A DNA stretch of 59,451 nucleotides from Candidatus Thorarchaeota archaeon SMTZ1-45 (GCA_001563335.1 LRSL01000015.1:1-59451), one strand, 5' to 3'; positions 40,632-51,566 are shown, counted from the first letter of the stretch. The notes: a model not told the origin generated them from the letters alone. Translations and numbers: made by a program.

Positions 40632-40754
40632 CAACTAGAAAACGATAGTTCTCTTGTTTGAATGGCGCAAGGCGTTTCTGAGTCCGAATTGTTTTTATCC
40701 AATCAGAACTATGACTATCTCAATGAACCCTAATAACGAGAGGAGTGTGAATAT

Positions 40755-41369
40755 ATGGAAGGACCACAAAACAGGATGTTTGAGACGCATGCGTATGTCC
40801 TGTCAGTTGTCCCTCCAAAAGAGTTCCTTCGGGATTCACGTCCCCGTGGAGATACGATAGTCCAGGGTATAGGAGAGTCTCATTTTACACTGTTGGAAAT
40901 GATTCCTCATAAAGGAGTAAAGGTACATCCTCAAGAGCGTGTTTCCATTCAACGTAACTCGACAAGTAAGATAGACCATGTCAAAAGAAGGATCTTCTAT
41001 GAAGACCTTGTACCTGAGAGCGTTGCGGAGCTCGCACTGGTGATTGAGATCATAGTAACAAAACATGAGATGAAGTATGTACAATTCTTCAACGAAGCTA
41101 GTCCTATTACGACAAGAATGCATTCACTTCAACTTCTTCCTGGTATAGGACAAACACTCATGTGGGCAATTTTGGAAGAACGTAAACGAAAGCCGTTCAA
41201 GAGCTTCGATGATATCGCGGCACGTACAAAACTGCAAAATCCCAAGAAGGTCATCACAGCTCGTATAATTGACGAACTCAAAGAGGATGTCAAGAGGTGG
41301 TTATTTGTTCGACCACCAAAACGGGAAGAGGACGAACGGGATACTAGAAAGCGTGCACCAAGGCGCTAG
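40755..41369 (+). CDS. DUF655 family putative RNA-binding protein
   Basis: GESHFTLLE, FFNEASPITTRMHSLQLLPGIG, PFKSFDDI. Confidence 0.9.
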   Translation: MEGPQNRMFETHAYVLSVVPPKEFLRDSRPRGDTIVQGIGESHFTLLEMIPHKGVKVHPQERVSIQRNSTSKIDHVKRRIFYEDLVPESVAELALVIEIIVTKHEMKYVQFFNEASPITTRMHSLQLLPGIGQTLMWAILEERKRKPFKSFDDIAARTKLQNPKKVITARIIDELKEDVKRWLFVRPPKREEDERDTRKRAPRR

Positions 41370-41385
41370 ATTGAGTATAACGCAG

Positions 41386-42252
41386 GTGAGTTCTCTGTCA
41401 GACGATATTCGTAGACTTCTCAAGAGATACGATGTAAGACCTAAGAAGAAGCGAGGGCAGAGTTTTTTGAACAGTCAGAGTGTGGCAAGAAACATCGTTG
41501 ATCTTGCCAATCTGTCAGAGCGGGATGATGTCTTAGAGATTGGTGGTGGGTTCGGGGCATTAACAAGATGGATTGCTGAGAGAGCTCAGCAAGTCTATGT
41601 AATAGAGCTGGACCCTCGCCTAGCAAATGCTCTACGCGATGCACTAAAGGACTTCATCAATGTGACCATTATTGTGGGAGATGCACTCAAAATAGACCTG
41701 CCCAATGTGAACAAGATAGTCGCTAATCTTCCCTATAGCATATCGTCTGAGATAACATTTCGAATACTGAGGGAACTAAACTTTGAAGAAGCAATCCTAA
41801 CGTACCAGAAGGAGTTCGCCAAAAGATTAGTAGCAAATCCTGGAACACCCGAATATTCAAGACTCACCATCAATGTGCAGTATTATGCAGAAGTGGAGGA
41901 GATTCTGGAAGTTCCTGCAAACAGGTTCTATCCAATACCTGTTGTTGACTCCATGGTTGTACGAATGATACCTCGAAGAAAGGGAGTATTCGCAAAAGAT
42001 TCCATAGTATTTCATTGGATGATTGAGGGCATCTATCCATATCCAAAGAAGACCCTAAGAGGGGCATTACGAATATGGTTCCGCAATCTCAGAGTAAACA
42101 AGGGTCTGGCAGATGAGGTTTTGAAAAATCTGGACGGAGTCCTATCAGGTGATGAGCGACTTCGATCTATTGGTCTAGAGGGATTGGTTAGTCTTGCAGA
42201 TGTGCTTCTAATGTTGATTGAGAATGGCTCAATCGAAGATCCACGAGTGTGA
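41386..42252 (+). CDS. rsmA: 16S rRNA dimethyladenosine transferase RsmA/KsgA
   Basis: KKRGQSFL, VLEIGGG, ANLPYSIS, YSRLT; start taken at the GTG after DUF655. Confidence 0.92.
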   Translation: MSSLSDDIRRLLKRYDVRPKKKRGQSFLNSQSVARNIVDLANLSERDDVLEIGGGFGALTRWIAERAQQVYVIELDPRLANALRDALKDFINVTIIVGDALKIDLPNVNKIVANLPYSISSEITFRILRELNFEEAILTYQKEFAKRLVANPGTPEYSRLTINVQYYAEVEEILEVPANRFYPIPVVDSMVVRMIPRRKGVFAKDSIVFHWMIEGIYPYPKKTLRGALRIWFRNLRVNKGLADEVLKNLDGVLSGDERLRSIGLEGLVSLADVLLMLIENGSIEDPRV

Positions 42253-42845
42253 AAACAGTGGATAAGGATAGATATGATATCACTGTCTTTCCAGGAGTAT
42301 ATCCTCCCTCGGAGGACACCTATCTTCTTCTCGATAGTCTAGAGATCAAACCAGACGATGCATTTCTAGAAGTAGGGTGCGGAGCAGGACTCATCACTCT
42401 GGTTGCAGCTATGAAAGCCAATGATGTCGTGAGCATCGACAGTTCTCTTGAGGCAGTTCGCAACACTCTGCAGAACTTAACGAGAAATGACCTGCTCAAA
42501 AACTGTCATGTTATTGAATCAGACCTGCTCTGTGCGTTGGCACCTTCAAGTAAATTCTCCCTGATTGTATTCAATCCACCATATCTACCGCAGGATGATG
42601 ACCAGACTGATCTTGACCATGCATTAATAGGAGGGGAAAAAGGGACAGAAATCGCCCAACGATTCATAAGACAAGCATCTGAGCATCTAGTGGCTGGAGG
42701 AAGAATCTTTGTGATTGTATCGACCATTGCAGATACAGACTCAATTCGAGAAACTATGACTAAATGCGGATTTGAAACTGAAACAGTTGCGGAGGCATCC
42801 CTGTTCTTTGAAAAGATACAAGTACTAAGAGGAGTGCTTTGGTAG
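42249..42845 (+). CDS. HemK2/MTQ2 family methyltransferase
   Basis: VYPPSEDTYLL, LEVGCGAG, FNPPY. Confidence 0.9.
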   Translation: MKTVDKDRYDITVFPGVYPPSEDTYLLLDSLEIKPDDAFLEVGCGAGLITLVAAMKANDVVSIDSSLEAVRNTLQNLTRNDLLKNCHVIESDLLCALAPSSKFSLIVFNPPYLPQDDDQTDLDHALIGGEKGTEIAQRFIRQASEHLVAGGRIFVIVSTIADTDSIRETMTKCGFETETVAEASLFFEKIQVLRGVLW

Positions 42846-42923
42846 GACCACAGAGAAACTGTTTTATGAAACCCAGAATGAAGCGGTTAGAAGCGTTCTT
42901 GGAGTCTCGAGAGGGATCAAGAT

Positions 42924-43724
42924 ATGTCAAAGAAGAAATCTACCAAGCAGAAAAAGGCACCAGCTAAGAAAGCCGCTAGCCAAAAGCAGGCTAAAAAGAC
43001 AACAAAAGCAGAAACAGTTGTTGGCGAGAAGAGCCTGGTCTATATTGATTATAGTGCTACAACAAAAGATGATGGTGTTGTATTTGATACAACAATGGAT
43101 GAGGTGGCCAAAGAATCTGGAATCTATAGAGAGAATGATCGATATGAACCAATGTTGGTAGCTATAGGCTGGAACTGGTTGCTCGGAGCTTTGGAAGAGG
43201 AACTAGTTGGAATGAAGGTGGGTGATTCAAAGACTGTTGAGGTTCCACCTGAGAAAGGTGCTGGTCCAAGGGACCCAAAAAAGGTCAAGATGATTGCCAA
43301 GACAAAGCTCGCAAAACACAAGGCTCGCCCTATTAAGGGAGAGCAGATAACATTCGGGAACGAAAGAGGTGTTATCACTGCTGTGCTTGGTAGACAAGTT
43401 CGAGTTGACTTCAACAGTCCACTTGCGGGTCGGACTCTTGTCTTTGACGTGACTCTAAGAAGCATTGTTTCAGACCCTGAGGAGAAGCTTCGAGCGGTTG
43501 TCAAGAGACGTGTGCCTGGCATCCCTGTTGATCAGTTCAAATTCTCAGTCGCAAAGAAAATCGTCACAATTGAGATGCCTAAAGAAACTAGATACATTCA
43601 GGATATCCAATATGCTGAGATTGGCATTGCTGCAGATGCTCTGAAGGTGTTTGATGATGCAAAGGAAGTAAAGCTCGTAGTGACATTTGATAGACCAAAA
43701 CCAATTGAAGGGAACACGACCTAG
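42924..43724 (+). CDS. FKBP-type peptidyl-prolyl isomerase (long archaeal SlyD-like)
   Basis: VFDTT, VPPEKGAG, VDFNSPLAG; Lys-rich N-terminal tail. Confidence 0.88.
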   Translation: MSKKKSTKQKKAPAKKAASQKQAKKTTKAETVVGEKSLVYIDYSATTKDDGVVFDTTMDEVAKESGIYRENDRYEPMLVAIGWNWLLGALEEELVGMKVGDSKTVEVPPEKGAGPRDPKKVKMIAKTKLAKHKARPIKGEQITFGNERGVITAVLGRQVRVDFNSPLAGRTLVFDVTLRSIVSDPEEKLRAVVKRRVPGIPVDQFKFSVAKKIVTIEMPKETRYIQDIQYAEIGIAADALKVFDDAKEVKLVVTFDRPKPIEGNTT

Positions 43725-43770
43725 AACTTTGGTGGTTAGAAGATTCTATGGCCACTGAGAAAACCTTAAA

Positions 43771-44478
43771 ATGTCAAAATCAAGACACAAGGTCGTCACT
43801 AGTTCTCTAGAATTCCTCTCCTATATGGAGTTAATTGACATGGAACATAATACACAACCCCCAGCTGAATTGAAGACGGGGACAACAACTGTCGGTTTAA
43901 TTGCCAAGGATTGTGTTGTCCTAGCCAGTGACCAGCGAGCAACTATGGGCTATCTGATTGCAAATAAAACAGCCAAGAAAATCTACAAAATAACAGATCG
44001 AATTGGTGCAACTATCGCAGGATCAGTGGCTGATGCTCAGTCAATGATGGACCTTCTGATAGCTGAGGCTAAGCTCTTTGAAATCCAGAGAGGTAGACCC
44101 ATTCGGGTCAAAGCCTTGACACGTCTTCTAAGCAATATTATGTTCCAAGGACGAGGACTCTACATGCTAGGATCTCTTGTAGGAGGATTTGATGACGAAG
44201 GTCCTCAAGTCTTCTATACAGACTTTGTTGGTAGTGTAATTCCAGACAAGTACGTTGCAAATGGTTCAGGTTCACCTGTGGCTCTTGGTGTCTTGGAAGC
44301 TGGGTACAAAGAGGACCTGCCCAAAAAGAAAGCAATCGAACTGGCTGTAAACTCGATTGCAGCAGCAATCGAAAGGGATGCAGCCACTGGTAATAACATA
44401 CTTGTTAGTGTTATAGACAAGGATGGGTACCAAGAAGTCGACAAAGAAACCATCATGAAGATCTGGAAAGGGCAATAG
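43771..44478 (+). CDS. psmB: Proteasome beta subunit
   Basis: LKTG|TTTVG propeptide cleavage site, DQRAT, AGSVADAQ, GSGS. Confidence 0.95.
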   Translation: MSKSRHKVVTSSLEFLSYMELIDMEHNTQPPAELKTGTTTVGLIAKDCVVLASDQRATMGYLIANKTAKKIYKITDRIGATIAGSVADAQSMMDLLIAEAKLFEIQRGRPIRVKALTRLLSNIMFQGRGLYMLGSLVGGFDDEGPQVFYTDFVGSVIPDKYVANGSGSPVALGVLEAGYKEDLPKKKAIELAVNSIAAAIERDAATGNNILVSVIDKDGYQEVDKETIMKIWKGQ

Positions 44479-44597
44479 TGGCAATATTTGTTGAAAATCT
44501 AGTGAGATAATCTCTGCTATGTCTACTTGGTACAACCGTACTGGGTAGAACCAAGCACTATGGGGAATTGATTGGCTAAGGATTGTGATGACTATCT

Positions 44598-46520
44598 ATG
44601 CAGCCCAATGAGCAAGAAAAAGAAGAAGAATATGTTGACATTAGAGAGGAGATAAAGAAAGCATTACCTCGCTCAGCCGCAATCAGTTCAGTGGAGTATG
44701 AAGGTCCAGAAGTAGCCATCTATTCGAAAGCACCCAAGATTCTACTAGATGATGGTGACAAAATAAAGGCTTTAGCTCGTAAGATGAGAAAACGGATTGT
44801 TGTCAGGTCTGCTCCAGATGTCAGGTTGACGCATGAAGAGACTGAGAAAGCTGTTCGAGAGCTCGTTCCCAAAGAAGCAGAGATAACATCTATTGACTTT
44901 GATATATCTAGAGGCGAAGTGATAATTGAAGCACAAAAACCTGGGTTAGTGATAGGGCGTAGCGGTACAACTCTCAGAGAAATCACTAGACAGACTTTCT
45001 GGCGACCTAATGTAATGCGGACACCTCCAATTGAGAGCAAACTCATCAAACAAATTCGCTATATCATCCAGTCAGAGGCGGCCACTCGAAACAAATCATT
45101 CAGAGAGATTGGAAGGAGAATTCACCGAGAAACTCTGGTAAACAATGGGTGGATCAGACTTACAGCCATGGGGGGATTTCGAGAAGTGGGTAGGCAATGC
45201 ATGTTCCTACAGACCTCGGAGAGCAACATTTTGGTTGAGTGTGGTGTCAACGTTGGTACACCCACTAAGGCATTTCCAAGACTTGACATGCCCGAATTCA
45301 GTGTTGACAATCTGGATGCAGTGGTAATAACTCATGCTCACCTAGACCACTGTGGGATGGTGCCATTTCTCTTCAAGTATGGATACAGAGGACCAGTCTA
45401 TATGACTCACCCTACACTCAATTTGGCAACTCTTCTTCAGCTTGACTATCTTGATGTTGCAGAGAGAGAAGGGAAACTCCGACCATATCGAGACCGTGAC
45501 GTAAAGGAGTCAATCCTGCATACCGTGCCTCTCAGCTATGGGGAAGTAACAGACATAGCACCAGATGTCAGATTAACCCTTCACAATGCAGGTCACATCC
45601 TAGGGTCAGCCATAGTCCACTTTCATATTGGTGATGGCCAGTACAACATGGCGTATACAGGGGACTTCAAATTCGGAAGGACACGGCTACTCGAGCCTGC
45701 AACCTTCACATTTCCACGACTAGAAACTCTCATTATAGAGAGCACCTATGGACATCCCACTGATAAAATGCCACCACGACAAGAGGTCGAACGGAAGTTT
45801 GCATCGATATTGAAACATGCACTAGACCGCGGTGGTAAGGTGCTGATTCCAGTCCTTGCAGTGGGTCGTGCTCAGGAAATCATGCTTGTGATTGAAGATC
45901 TTGTGTCAAAGGGGCGCATTCCAAAGGTGCCTGTATACATCGAAGGAATGATTGCACAGGCAACTGCAATTCATACAACCCATCCAGAAGCCCTAAGTAA
46001 GAAGATACGTGAAATGATATTCCATCAAGGAGTGAACCCGTTTCTTTCCGACATATTCGTGCAAGTGGACAATCCTGAGCAGCGCGAGGAGATTTCAGAG
46101 GCGGAACCATGTATCATTATGGCTACGTCAGGCATGCTTGCAGGAGGGCCTAGCGTTGATTACTTCAGACTTCTTGCACCAGATGAGAAGAACCTGCTAT
46201 GTTTTGTCAGCTACCAAGGTGAAGGAACTCTCGGACGTCGTATCCAGAAAGGCTGGAAAGAGGTGAATATGAGAAACCGAGAAGGCCAGACCACAGTGAT
46301 ACCTGTGAATCTGGAAGTAGCTACTGTTGAAGGCTTTTCAGGCCACTCAGATAGGAAACAAATCCTGAACTTCGTCAAGAGGGTGAGTCCTGTTCCAGAG
46401 CGGATATTAGTGGCTCATGGTGAGGCGAGCAAGACAATAGGGCTTGCATCAACTATCCATAAAGCGCTGAATGTGGAAACCAGAGCACCAATGGTCACAG
46501 AAACCGTGAAGTTGAAGTAG
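44598..46520 (+). CDS. fttA: Beta-CASP ribonuclease aCPSF1 / termination factor FttA
   Basis: N-terminal KH (KPGLVIG), THAHLDH, AGHILGS, GFSGHSD. Confidence 0.93.
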   Translation: MQPNEQEKEEEYVDIREEIKKALPRSAAISSVEYEGPEVAIYSKAPKILLDDGDKIKALARKMRKRIVVRSAPDVRLTHEETEKAVRELVPKEAEITSIDFDISRGEVIIEAQKPGLVIGRSGTTLREITRQTFWRPNVMRTPPIESKLIKQIRYIIQSEAATRNKSFREIGRRIHRETLVNNGWIRLTAMGGFREVGRQCMFLQTSESNILVECGVNVGTPTKAFPRLDMPEFSVDNLDAVVITHAHLDHCGMVPFLFKYGYRGPVYMTHPTLNLATLLQLDYLDVAEREGKLRPYRDRDVKESILHTVPLSYGEVTDIAPDVRLTLHNAGHILGSAIVHFHIGDGQYNMAYTGDFKFGRTRLLEPATFTFPRLETLIIESTYGHPTDKMPPRQEVERKFASILKHALDRGGKVLIPVLAVGRAQEIMLVIEDLVSKGRIPKVPVYIEGMIAQATAIHTTHPEALSKKIREMIFHQGVNPFLSDIFVQVDNPEQREEISEAEPCIIMATSGMLAGGPSVDYFRLLAPDEKNLLCFVSYQGEGTLGRRIQKGWKEVNMRNREGQTTVIPVNLEVATVEGFSGHSDRKQILNFVKRVSPVPERILVAHGEASKTIGLASTIHKALNVETRAPMVTETVKLK

Positions 46521-46523
46521 TTT

Positions 46524-46931
46524 CTAGAAGCTCACGAATGAAGGAGTGACAATAATACAGTCGTCATTCACAAGTGCGATTTCAGCTTGATAACCACGGG
46601 TTTCGCCACGGATTCGTTCAATTATGCGTCGAAGTTCAAGATGGGTCTGATCATTTCCATCATTGAGCCGTGAGATGTCCAATAATACAATGTTTCCATT
46701 TCTAATCTCGCTAACAATTTCAGGCACATCTGTTAGCGACTCAAGCTTCTTAGTTCTGATGAAAATCTGTTCTAGTTCAGCAAGTCGCTTGATATCATGC
46801 TGCGGGTCTGATTGTTTTGATTCGGAAACTGGTGCGAAGAGACCAAGGCTTGGAAGTGTTCTTTGAGCCTTAGTTTCCTCCGATGAGTCAGTACTTCGAT
46901 TGCGTCTGAATAGAGACCTCACTATAAACAC
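46524..46931 (-). CDS. sepF: SepF-like cell division protein
   Basis: EIRNGNIVLLDISRL...IIVTPSFV archaeal SepF pattern. Confidence 0.75.
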   Translation of the reverse strand: MFIVRSLFRRNRSTDSSEETKAQRTLPSLGLFAPVSESKQSDPQHDIKRLAELEQIFIRTKKLESLTDVPEIVSEIRNGNIVLLDISRLNDGNDQTHLELRRIIERIRGETRGYQAEIALVNDDCIIVTPSFVSF

Positions 46932-47020
46932 CTCAATTCATGATTATAGTTTAAAGTTCGAAGAAAAGACCGAGTATTATAACCAGTAGCCAAACTTTAT
47001 CACAGCCACAATCAAAAGAG

Positions 47021-49687
47021 TTGGTGATTGGAATGTCTACGCGGAGGAAGGAGGACAAGGACCTCTTTGATTTGAGAGAGCAGCTAAAAGCACTTAGCAA
47101 TCGTTATGCAATAGAAATCCTCCAAGTATTGAGTCCTAGGACCGGAGAGATTGTTCCAACACTTGGATGGGACCAGATTGTTGATGGAATACTAGCATTA
47201 GATGGAATCGAAAAGCAATCTTCTAAAATAAAGGAGGAACGAACTCAGGGCCAGGTGGAGTATGAGAGTCTTCGACAGAGTCTGATGTCTGGTGGGACGA
47301 TATATGAAACAATGAACAAGCTCATGCGTTCCGGATTTGTTATCTCAACTGGAGACAAGGGTAGAAAGCAGAGAGGGTTCATGATTACACATGAAGGTAG
47401 GCTTGCATTGGCTTCTATTGGAAGATTGAGTGGACCGATTGGAACCAGAACAGACGTCCAGAGAGCCGCAAAGATACTCTTGAAACACAAGAACTTCGTA
47501 AGTCTTCTTCCATCCCAAGAGAAGTTTGTCCAAGAAATCGGAGATGTAGGGGGTAATTTAGTAATCCAGATGCCTCCAGGGTCAGGCAAGACGTTTCTCG
47601 CAATGATAATCATTCTATTGAGGCTCCAGAAAGGGGTCAGATGTCTGTATCTCAGTCCCTATACTTCCTTGAGTAGACAAATAATTGAGGAATATGGTAC
47701 TCTTTTACAAGAATTGGGATATTCAGTTGTTAGACATGATGGTCTCAGTAGAGCTTCAGAAACGGACCTCGAAACTGGTGACCTAATTATCGCAATGTAC
47801 GAAACATTCTCTGCGGCACAGTTAAAGAACAAAAGATGGACTGAGAACATAGGACTCGCTGTTGTTGATGAATTAACTGAGCTTGATTCTGTTACTCTAA
47901 TGGAACCTCAATCACTAGGAACTGATAGGAGTACAAAACTGGATAGCATTATCACGCTTCTGAAAGACCAGACCCAGTTAGTTACATTATCCTCTCGCTT
48001 TGGTGAAACTGATGAAGTAGCAAGTTGGCTTGATGCCCAGATATTTAGACCAAGTATGCGGCTTGTGCCAGATGAATTCATTGTAAACAAGATTAACGAT
48101 GAGTTCGAGATTGTAAGTAGTGATAGAACCCAACGTGCTAGGTCTTCACATGAAGATGCTCTAGATGCTGTGTTAGATCATCTGGGTAACTATCAGGACA
48201 AATCTGTCCTTGTGGTTGTCGGATCACGATTTCGTGCCCAAGGGATAGCTAGAAGACTTGCTAGGAGTCATCCTAGAACTGTAGCACCAGATATTGTGGA
48301 AAGGATCATTGGACTAGGTGAGGACCTCCCATTAAGCAACAGACTTGCTGACACATTGAAGTTCGGAACAGCCTTCCATCATTCAGGCTTAGATGCAGGA
48401 GTACGTGAACGACTAGAACGAGAAATTAGAAAAAAGTCAATTAGAACAGTAGTATCAACAACTGGAATCACAGCAGGTATTAGTTTTCCATTTGATTGTG
48501 TGTTAATACTGATGAATCAAAACCTCTACTATCTCGAAACGAGAGCAAGATACTTGCAGGTTGCAGGAAGAATAGGGGAGAATCACTTGGCTCAATATGG
48601 GGGGAGAGTCTATCTCGTCTTCGAGGGACCAAACAGAAACATGCCGAATTCACAAGCAATGGAAGAGAAACTGCTTCATCGTCCACTTGAACCTCTCAGT
48701 CCCGGAGTTCTCTATCCAAGTTTGGCAATCTGTGTGCTCACGAAACGCACTTCTAATGGTAGAAAATTCACTCAGGACCAATTAGAATCAAAGTTCCTAG
48801 ACTTTGTGAATAGCACTTTTCGAGGAACCAATGACAAGACGTACAGTTCAGGCATGAAGAGATTCTTCAAGACACTTTTCAACTGGCTAATTAAGCAGGA
48901 GGTCTTCGTGGTGGAAAATAATGGGTTCAAGTTTTCAAAGGACGCACGTAGTGCGGTTCTGGCAGATCTTGAAATCAGCGACTACCTTCGAATCAAAGGT
49001 AGACTTTCCAAAATCGATGACAATTCTGATGAGTCCATTTTGATTGACCTAATATTACAGACTCAACTCCCACAGTCAATCAGACCAAGAACATTCATGC
49101 CATCTAAGACAGAGCTGAAACTGATGGGACTAGACCAACCACAAGACTGGTACATAAGAAGAGTGCCTGAAAGACATGATGTCAAGATGGCTGTACTTGA
49201 GAGCTGGTTAGATGAGCAAGATGTGTCCACAATTGTGAAGAAGGCAGCTGAACTTGCGAGAGGGATCAGTCTGGATGAGGGAGATCTTGACTCATTGTTA
49301 GGAGTTTGCAGCCAAGTGGCAGAGAGTATTAGTGGGTATCTCAGAACTATGAAGAAGCACAATCTAGCTGAACGCATGAATGTGCTCTCTCGACAACTTC
49401 AGTATGGTGTCGGAAAAGATCTCGCAAAATCCGACTTGCTTGAACTAAGACTGCTTCCTGGGGATGATTCACCATCTGGAAGGTTATCAAGACGCATGGC
49501 AAGAGTTCTCTATGAGAAGGGATATACATCAATATCCGATGTGGTCAAGAAAGATCTAGGAGCCAGCAAAGAAGGATATGCTAGAGATCGCTTCGCAAAG
49601 AACTGCGGACTAGAGCCAGACCTTGCTAAAGAGGTCTACAAAGCGGCGTTAGCACACGTTAGAGCCAAGCTCAAGGATGAAGACTAA
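47021..49687 (+). CDS. Ski2/Hel308-like SF2 helicase with N-terminal winged-helix domain
   Basis: Walker A MPPGSGKT, Walker B variant VVDELT, AFHHSGL, QVAGRIG; N-terminal LKALSNRYAIEIL...FMITHEG wHTH. Confidence 0.8.
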   Translation: MVIGMSTRRKEDKDLFDLREQLKALSNRYAIEILQVLSPRTGEIVPTLGWDQIVDGILALDGIEKQSSKIKEERTQGQVEYESLRQSLMSGGTIYETMNKLMRSGFVISTGDKGRKQRGFMITHEGRLALASIGRLSGPIGTRTDVQRAAKILLKHKNFVSLLPSQEKFVQEIGDVGGNLVIQMPPGSGKTFLAMIIILLRLQKGVRCLYLSPYTSLSRQIIEEYGTLLQELGYSVVRHDGLSRASETDLETGDLIIAMYETFSAAQLKNKRWTENIGLAVVDELTELDSVTLMEPQSLGTDRSTKLDSIITLLKDQTQLVTLSSRFGETDEVASWLDAQIFRPSMRLVPDEFIVNKINDEFEIVSSDRTQRARSSHEDALDAVLDHLGNYQDKSVLVVVGSRFRAQGIARRLARSHPRTVAPDIVERIIGLGEDLPLSNRLADTLKFGTAFHHSGLDAGVRERLEREIRKKSIRTVVSTTGITAGISFPFDCVLILMNQNLYYLETRARYLQVAGRIGENHLAQYGGRVYLVFEGPNRNMPNSQAMEEKLLHRPLEPLSPGVLYPSLAICVLTKRTSNGRKFTQDQLESKFLDFVNSTFRGTNDKTYSSGMKRFFKTLFNWLIKQEVFVVENNGFKFSKDARSAVLADLEISDYLRIKGRLSKIDDNSDESILIDLILQTQLPQSIRPRTFMPSKTELKLMGLDQPQDWYIRRVPERHDVKMAVLESWLDEQDVSTIVKKAAELARGISLDEGDLDSLLGVCSQVAESISGYLRTMKKHNLAERMNVLSRQLQYGVGKDLAKSDLLELRLLPGDDSPSGRLSRRMARVLYEKGYTSISDVVKKDLGASKEGYARDRFAKNCGLEPDLAKEVYKAALAHVRAKLKDED

Positions 49688-50190
49688 CTCTTGCCAAAGA
49701 CCCACAGGTCATCATTGATGTGATGAATTGACTTGATTACCTTTCCACTAGTGGCAGCCCTCAAATCTTCTGCAGACATTTTAGATATCCCAACAGCTAG
49801 AGGTTTCCCATGGTTCTCGTCAACTATCATGACAATACCATTTTCCTTTACTCGGGCATCAACTTCTGTTATTCCTGGACGCATGATGTCGGCACCATTG
49901 ACAACAAACTTCACAGCTCCCATGTCAACCGTGACACGTGGTACATCAACTAAGCCATTCAAAAGAGCTCGAAGGGCAGGAAACATTCGTCCTTCGTGTT
50001 GAAAGAATATGATTTCTCCTTTGAGAAGAAGGATTCGAGACCCATCATCAAGTATTCCAGCTTCTAGCTGTGATTTGGCGTCAAGACCTTTGATTGATGA
50101 TCCCAGCTCTTTCTCAATTTTGGCAAGCTCATCCCGTTGTTCACGTTTCTTGAGGAGATGTCGCTTCTTTATTCGTTCAATCTTTGGCAT
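49684..50190 (-). CDS. DUF1947/PUA RNA-binding protein (MCT-1/Tma20-like)
   Basis: VTVDMGAVKFVVNGADIMRPGI, HHINDDLW. Confidence 0.9.
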   Translation of the reverse strand: MPKIERIKKRHLLKKREQRDELAKIEKELGSSIKGLDAKSQLEAGILDDGSRILLLKGEIIFFQHEGRMFPALRALLNGLVDVPRVTVDMGAVKFVVNGADIMRPGITEVDARVKENGIVMIVDENHGKPLAVGISKMSAEDLRAATSGKVIKSIHHINDDLWVFGKS

Positions 50191-50334
50191 TATCTAGAGG
50201 ATATGGTTCAAGCCTTTTGAAGCCTACGCAATAGAATTGCATCAGATAACACCGTCAGCATCGTCATATTTTTAAGCCATGCCCAAAGGGTAGCGAGAAC
50301 ATCGTGTGACCGTCGACCATATGATGTTGTTTCT

Positions 50335-50595
50335 GTGATGGTGATTACAGTGAACGCAGGTAGACCTATGGAACTCCTTCAGAACTCGATTGGGGGTCAA
50401 GTACTTGTCGAGTTGAAAGGCAAGAAGAAAATCAAGGGAAAACTGCGTGGCTATGACCAGCACTTGAACCTCATCCTCGAGGATGCGGAAGAAATCTCAA
50501 CCGATCCTGAAACCGGTGAGCAGATAATCGAAGTGGTCAAGACCGTGATAGTGAGAGGCGACAATGTCGTGATTGTTTCACCTCCACCAAAATAG
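50335..50595 (+). CDS. Sm/Lsm protein
   Basis: GKLRGYDQHLNLILEDA, VRGDNVV; upstream of rpl37e as is usual in archaea. Confidence 0.93.
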   Translation: MMVITVNAGRPMELLQNSIGGQVLVELKGKKKIKGKLRGYDQHLNLILEDAEEISTDPETGEQIIEVVKTVIVRGDNVVIVSPPPK

Positions 50596-50607
50596 TTCAA
50601 GGAGTGT

Positions 50608-50802
50608 ATGATAATGGGAAAGGGAACACCCTCCAAAGGTAAGAAAAACAACCCACACCATATCAGATGCAGGAGATGTGGAAGAAGGTCCTATCACGTG
50701 AGACACAAGAAATGTGCGGCCTGTGGATTTGGTAGTTCTGCTAAGCTACGTCAGTACAACTGGGCGCACAAAAAGGTCCATGGACTCCGTGTTCGTGGAT
50801 GA
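50608..50802 (+). CDS. rpl37e: 50S ribosomal protein L37e
   Basis: [25 protein letters not shown]. Confidence 0.95.
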   Translation: MIMGKGTPSKGKKNNPHHIRCRRCGRRSYHVRHKKCAACGFGSSAKLRQYNWAHKKVHGLRVRG

Positions 50803-50808
50803 TTGTTT

Positions 50809-51093
50809 CTAAGATTCATCAAAGTAGCCATCGAATTCAGTGGATTCTTCATCAAACACCTCAAGCCGGTCTAAGAATGGGATGAGTGCAACCATTCCTC
50901 CTTTATCGCTTTCTGTCAATAATCTACCTTTACGATAGTGCCTATAGAGAGTACCTTTGTAGAAGATGCGGACAAACAGTTTGATGTAGATGATCAACAT
51001 GATGACGAAAAGCATTGAGAGAGCAAACATCATACCTGCAAGGTTTGAGCCCAACCAGTCCATGAACGAGGCTTGAATCATCATTTTGCGCAC
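50809..51093 (-). CDS. Small single-TM protein, weakly resembling an SPFH N-terminus
   Basis: TM helix followed by ...KGRL...GGMVALIPFLDRL. Confidence 0.4.
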   Translation of the reverse strand: MRKMMIQASFMDWLGSNLAGMMFALSMLFVIMLIIYIKLFVRIFYKGTLYRHYRKGRLLTESDKGGMVALIPFLDRLEVFDEESTEFDGYFDES

Positions 51094-51125
51094 TTTACCA
51101 AAATTGTAAGGACTCTTTATTGCTG

Positions 51126-51392
51126 TTATTGCTCATGCACATTTACAAAGAAGTGATTTAGTAAGATTAGGATTGCAACAAATGCAACCATCACCATAGT
51201 GACGATTAAAGCTATGATTGTTATTTGGTTAGAACTAATAATCACAATCAAGCCAATAAGATCTGTGAAGAAATAAAGAATTGCTAGAACTACTAGTAGA
51301 CCAGTGACACAGGCCAACCGTCTTCGTAGTTTTCTTGCCTCCAATGTCAGTTCTTCATTTGTCAGGCTACTAGTCATGAAACTCCCAATCAT
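51126..51392 (-). CDS. Small two-TM hypothetical protein
   Basis: Two hydrophobic helices. Confidence 0.5.
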   Translation of the reverse strand: MIGSFMTSSLTNEELTLEARKLRRRLACVTGLLVVLAILYFFTDLIGLIVIISSNQITIIALIVTMVMVAFVAILILLNHFFVNVHEQ

Positions 51393-51489
51393 ATGGAATC
51401 TATTAACGCATTTGAATTTACTGAGGAATCTATGGAACTACTCCGCAATTCTTTTAACCGTTCCATTAGGAACTGCGAACCAGCAACAT

Positions 51490-51566
51490 GGGCCGGTAGA
51501 TCAGCCCGGTAGATCGCCTCCTTGGCATGGAGGAGGTCGCGAGTTCGAATCTCGCCCGGTCCACCA
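51490..51566 (+). tRNA. tRNA-Ala(GGC)
   Basis: Acceptor GGGCCGG/CCGGTCC (G3:U70) + ACCA; anticodon arm CCTCC-TTGGCAT-GGAGG; T arm GCGAG-TTCGAAT-CTCGC. Confidence 0.95.
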
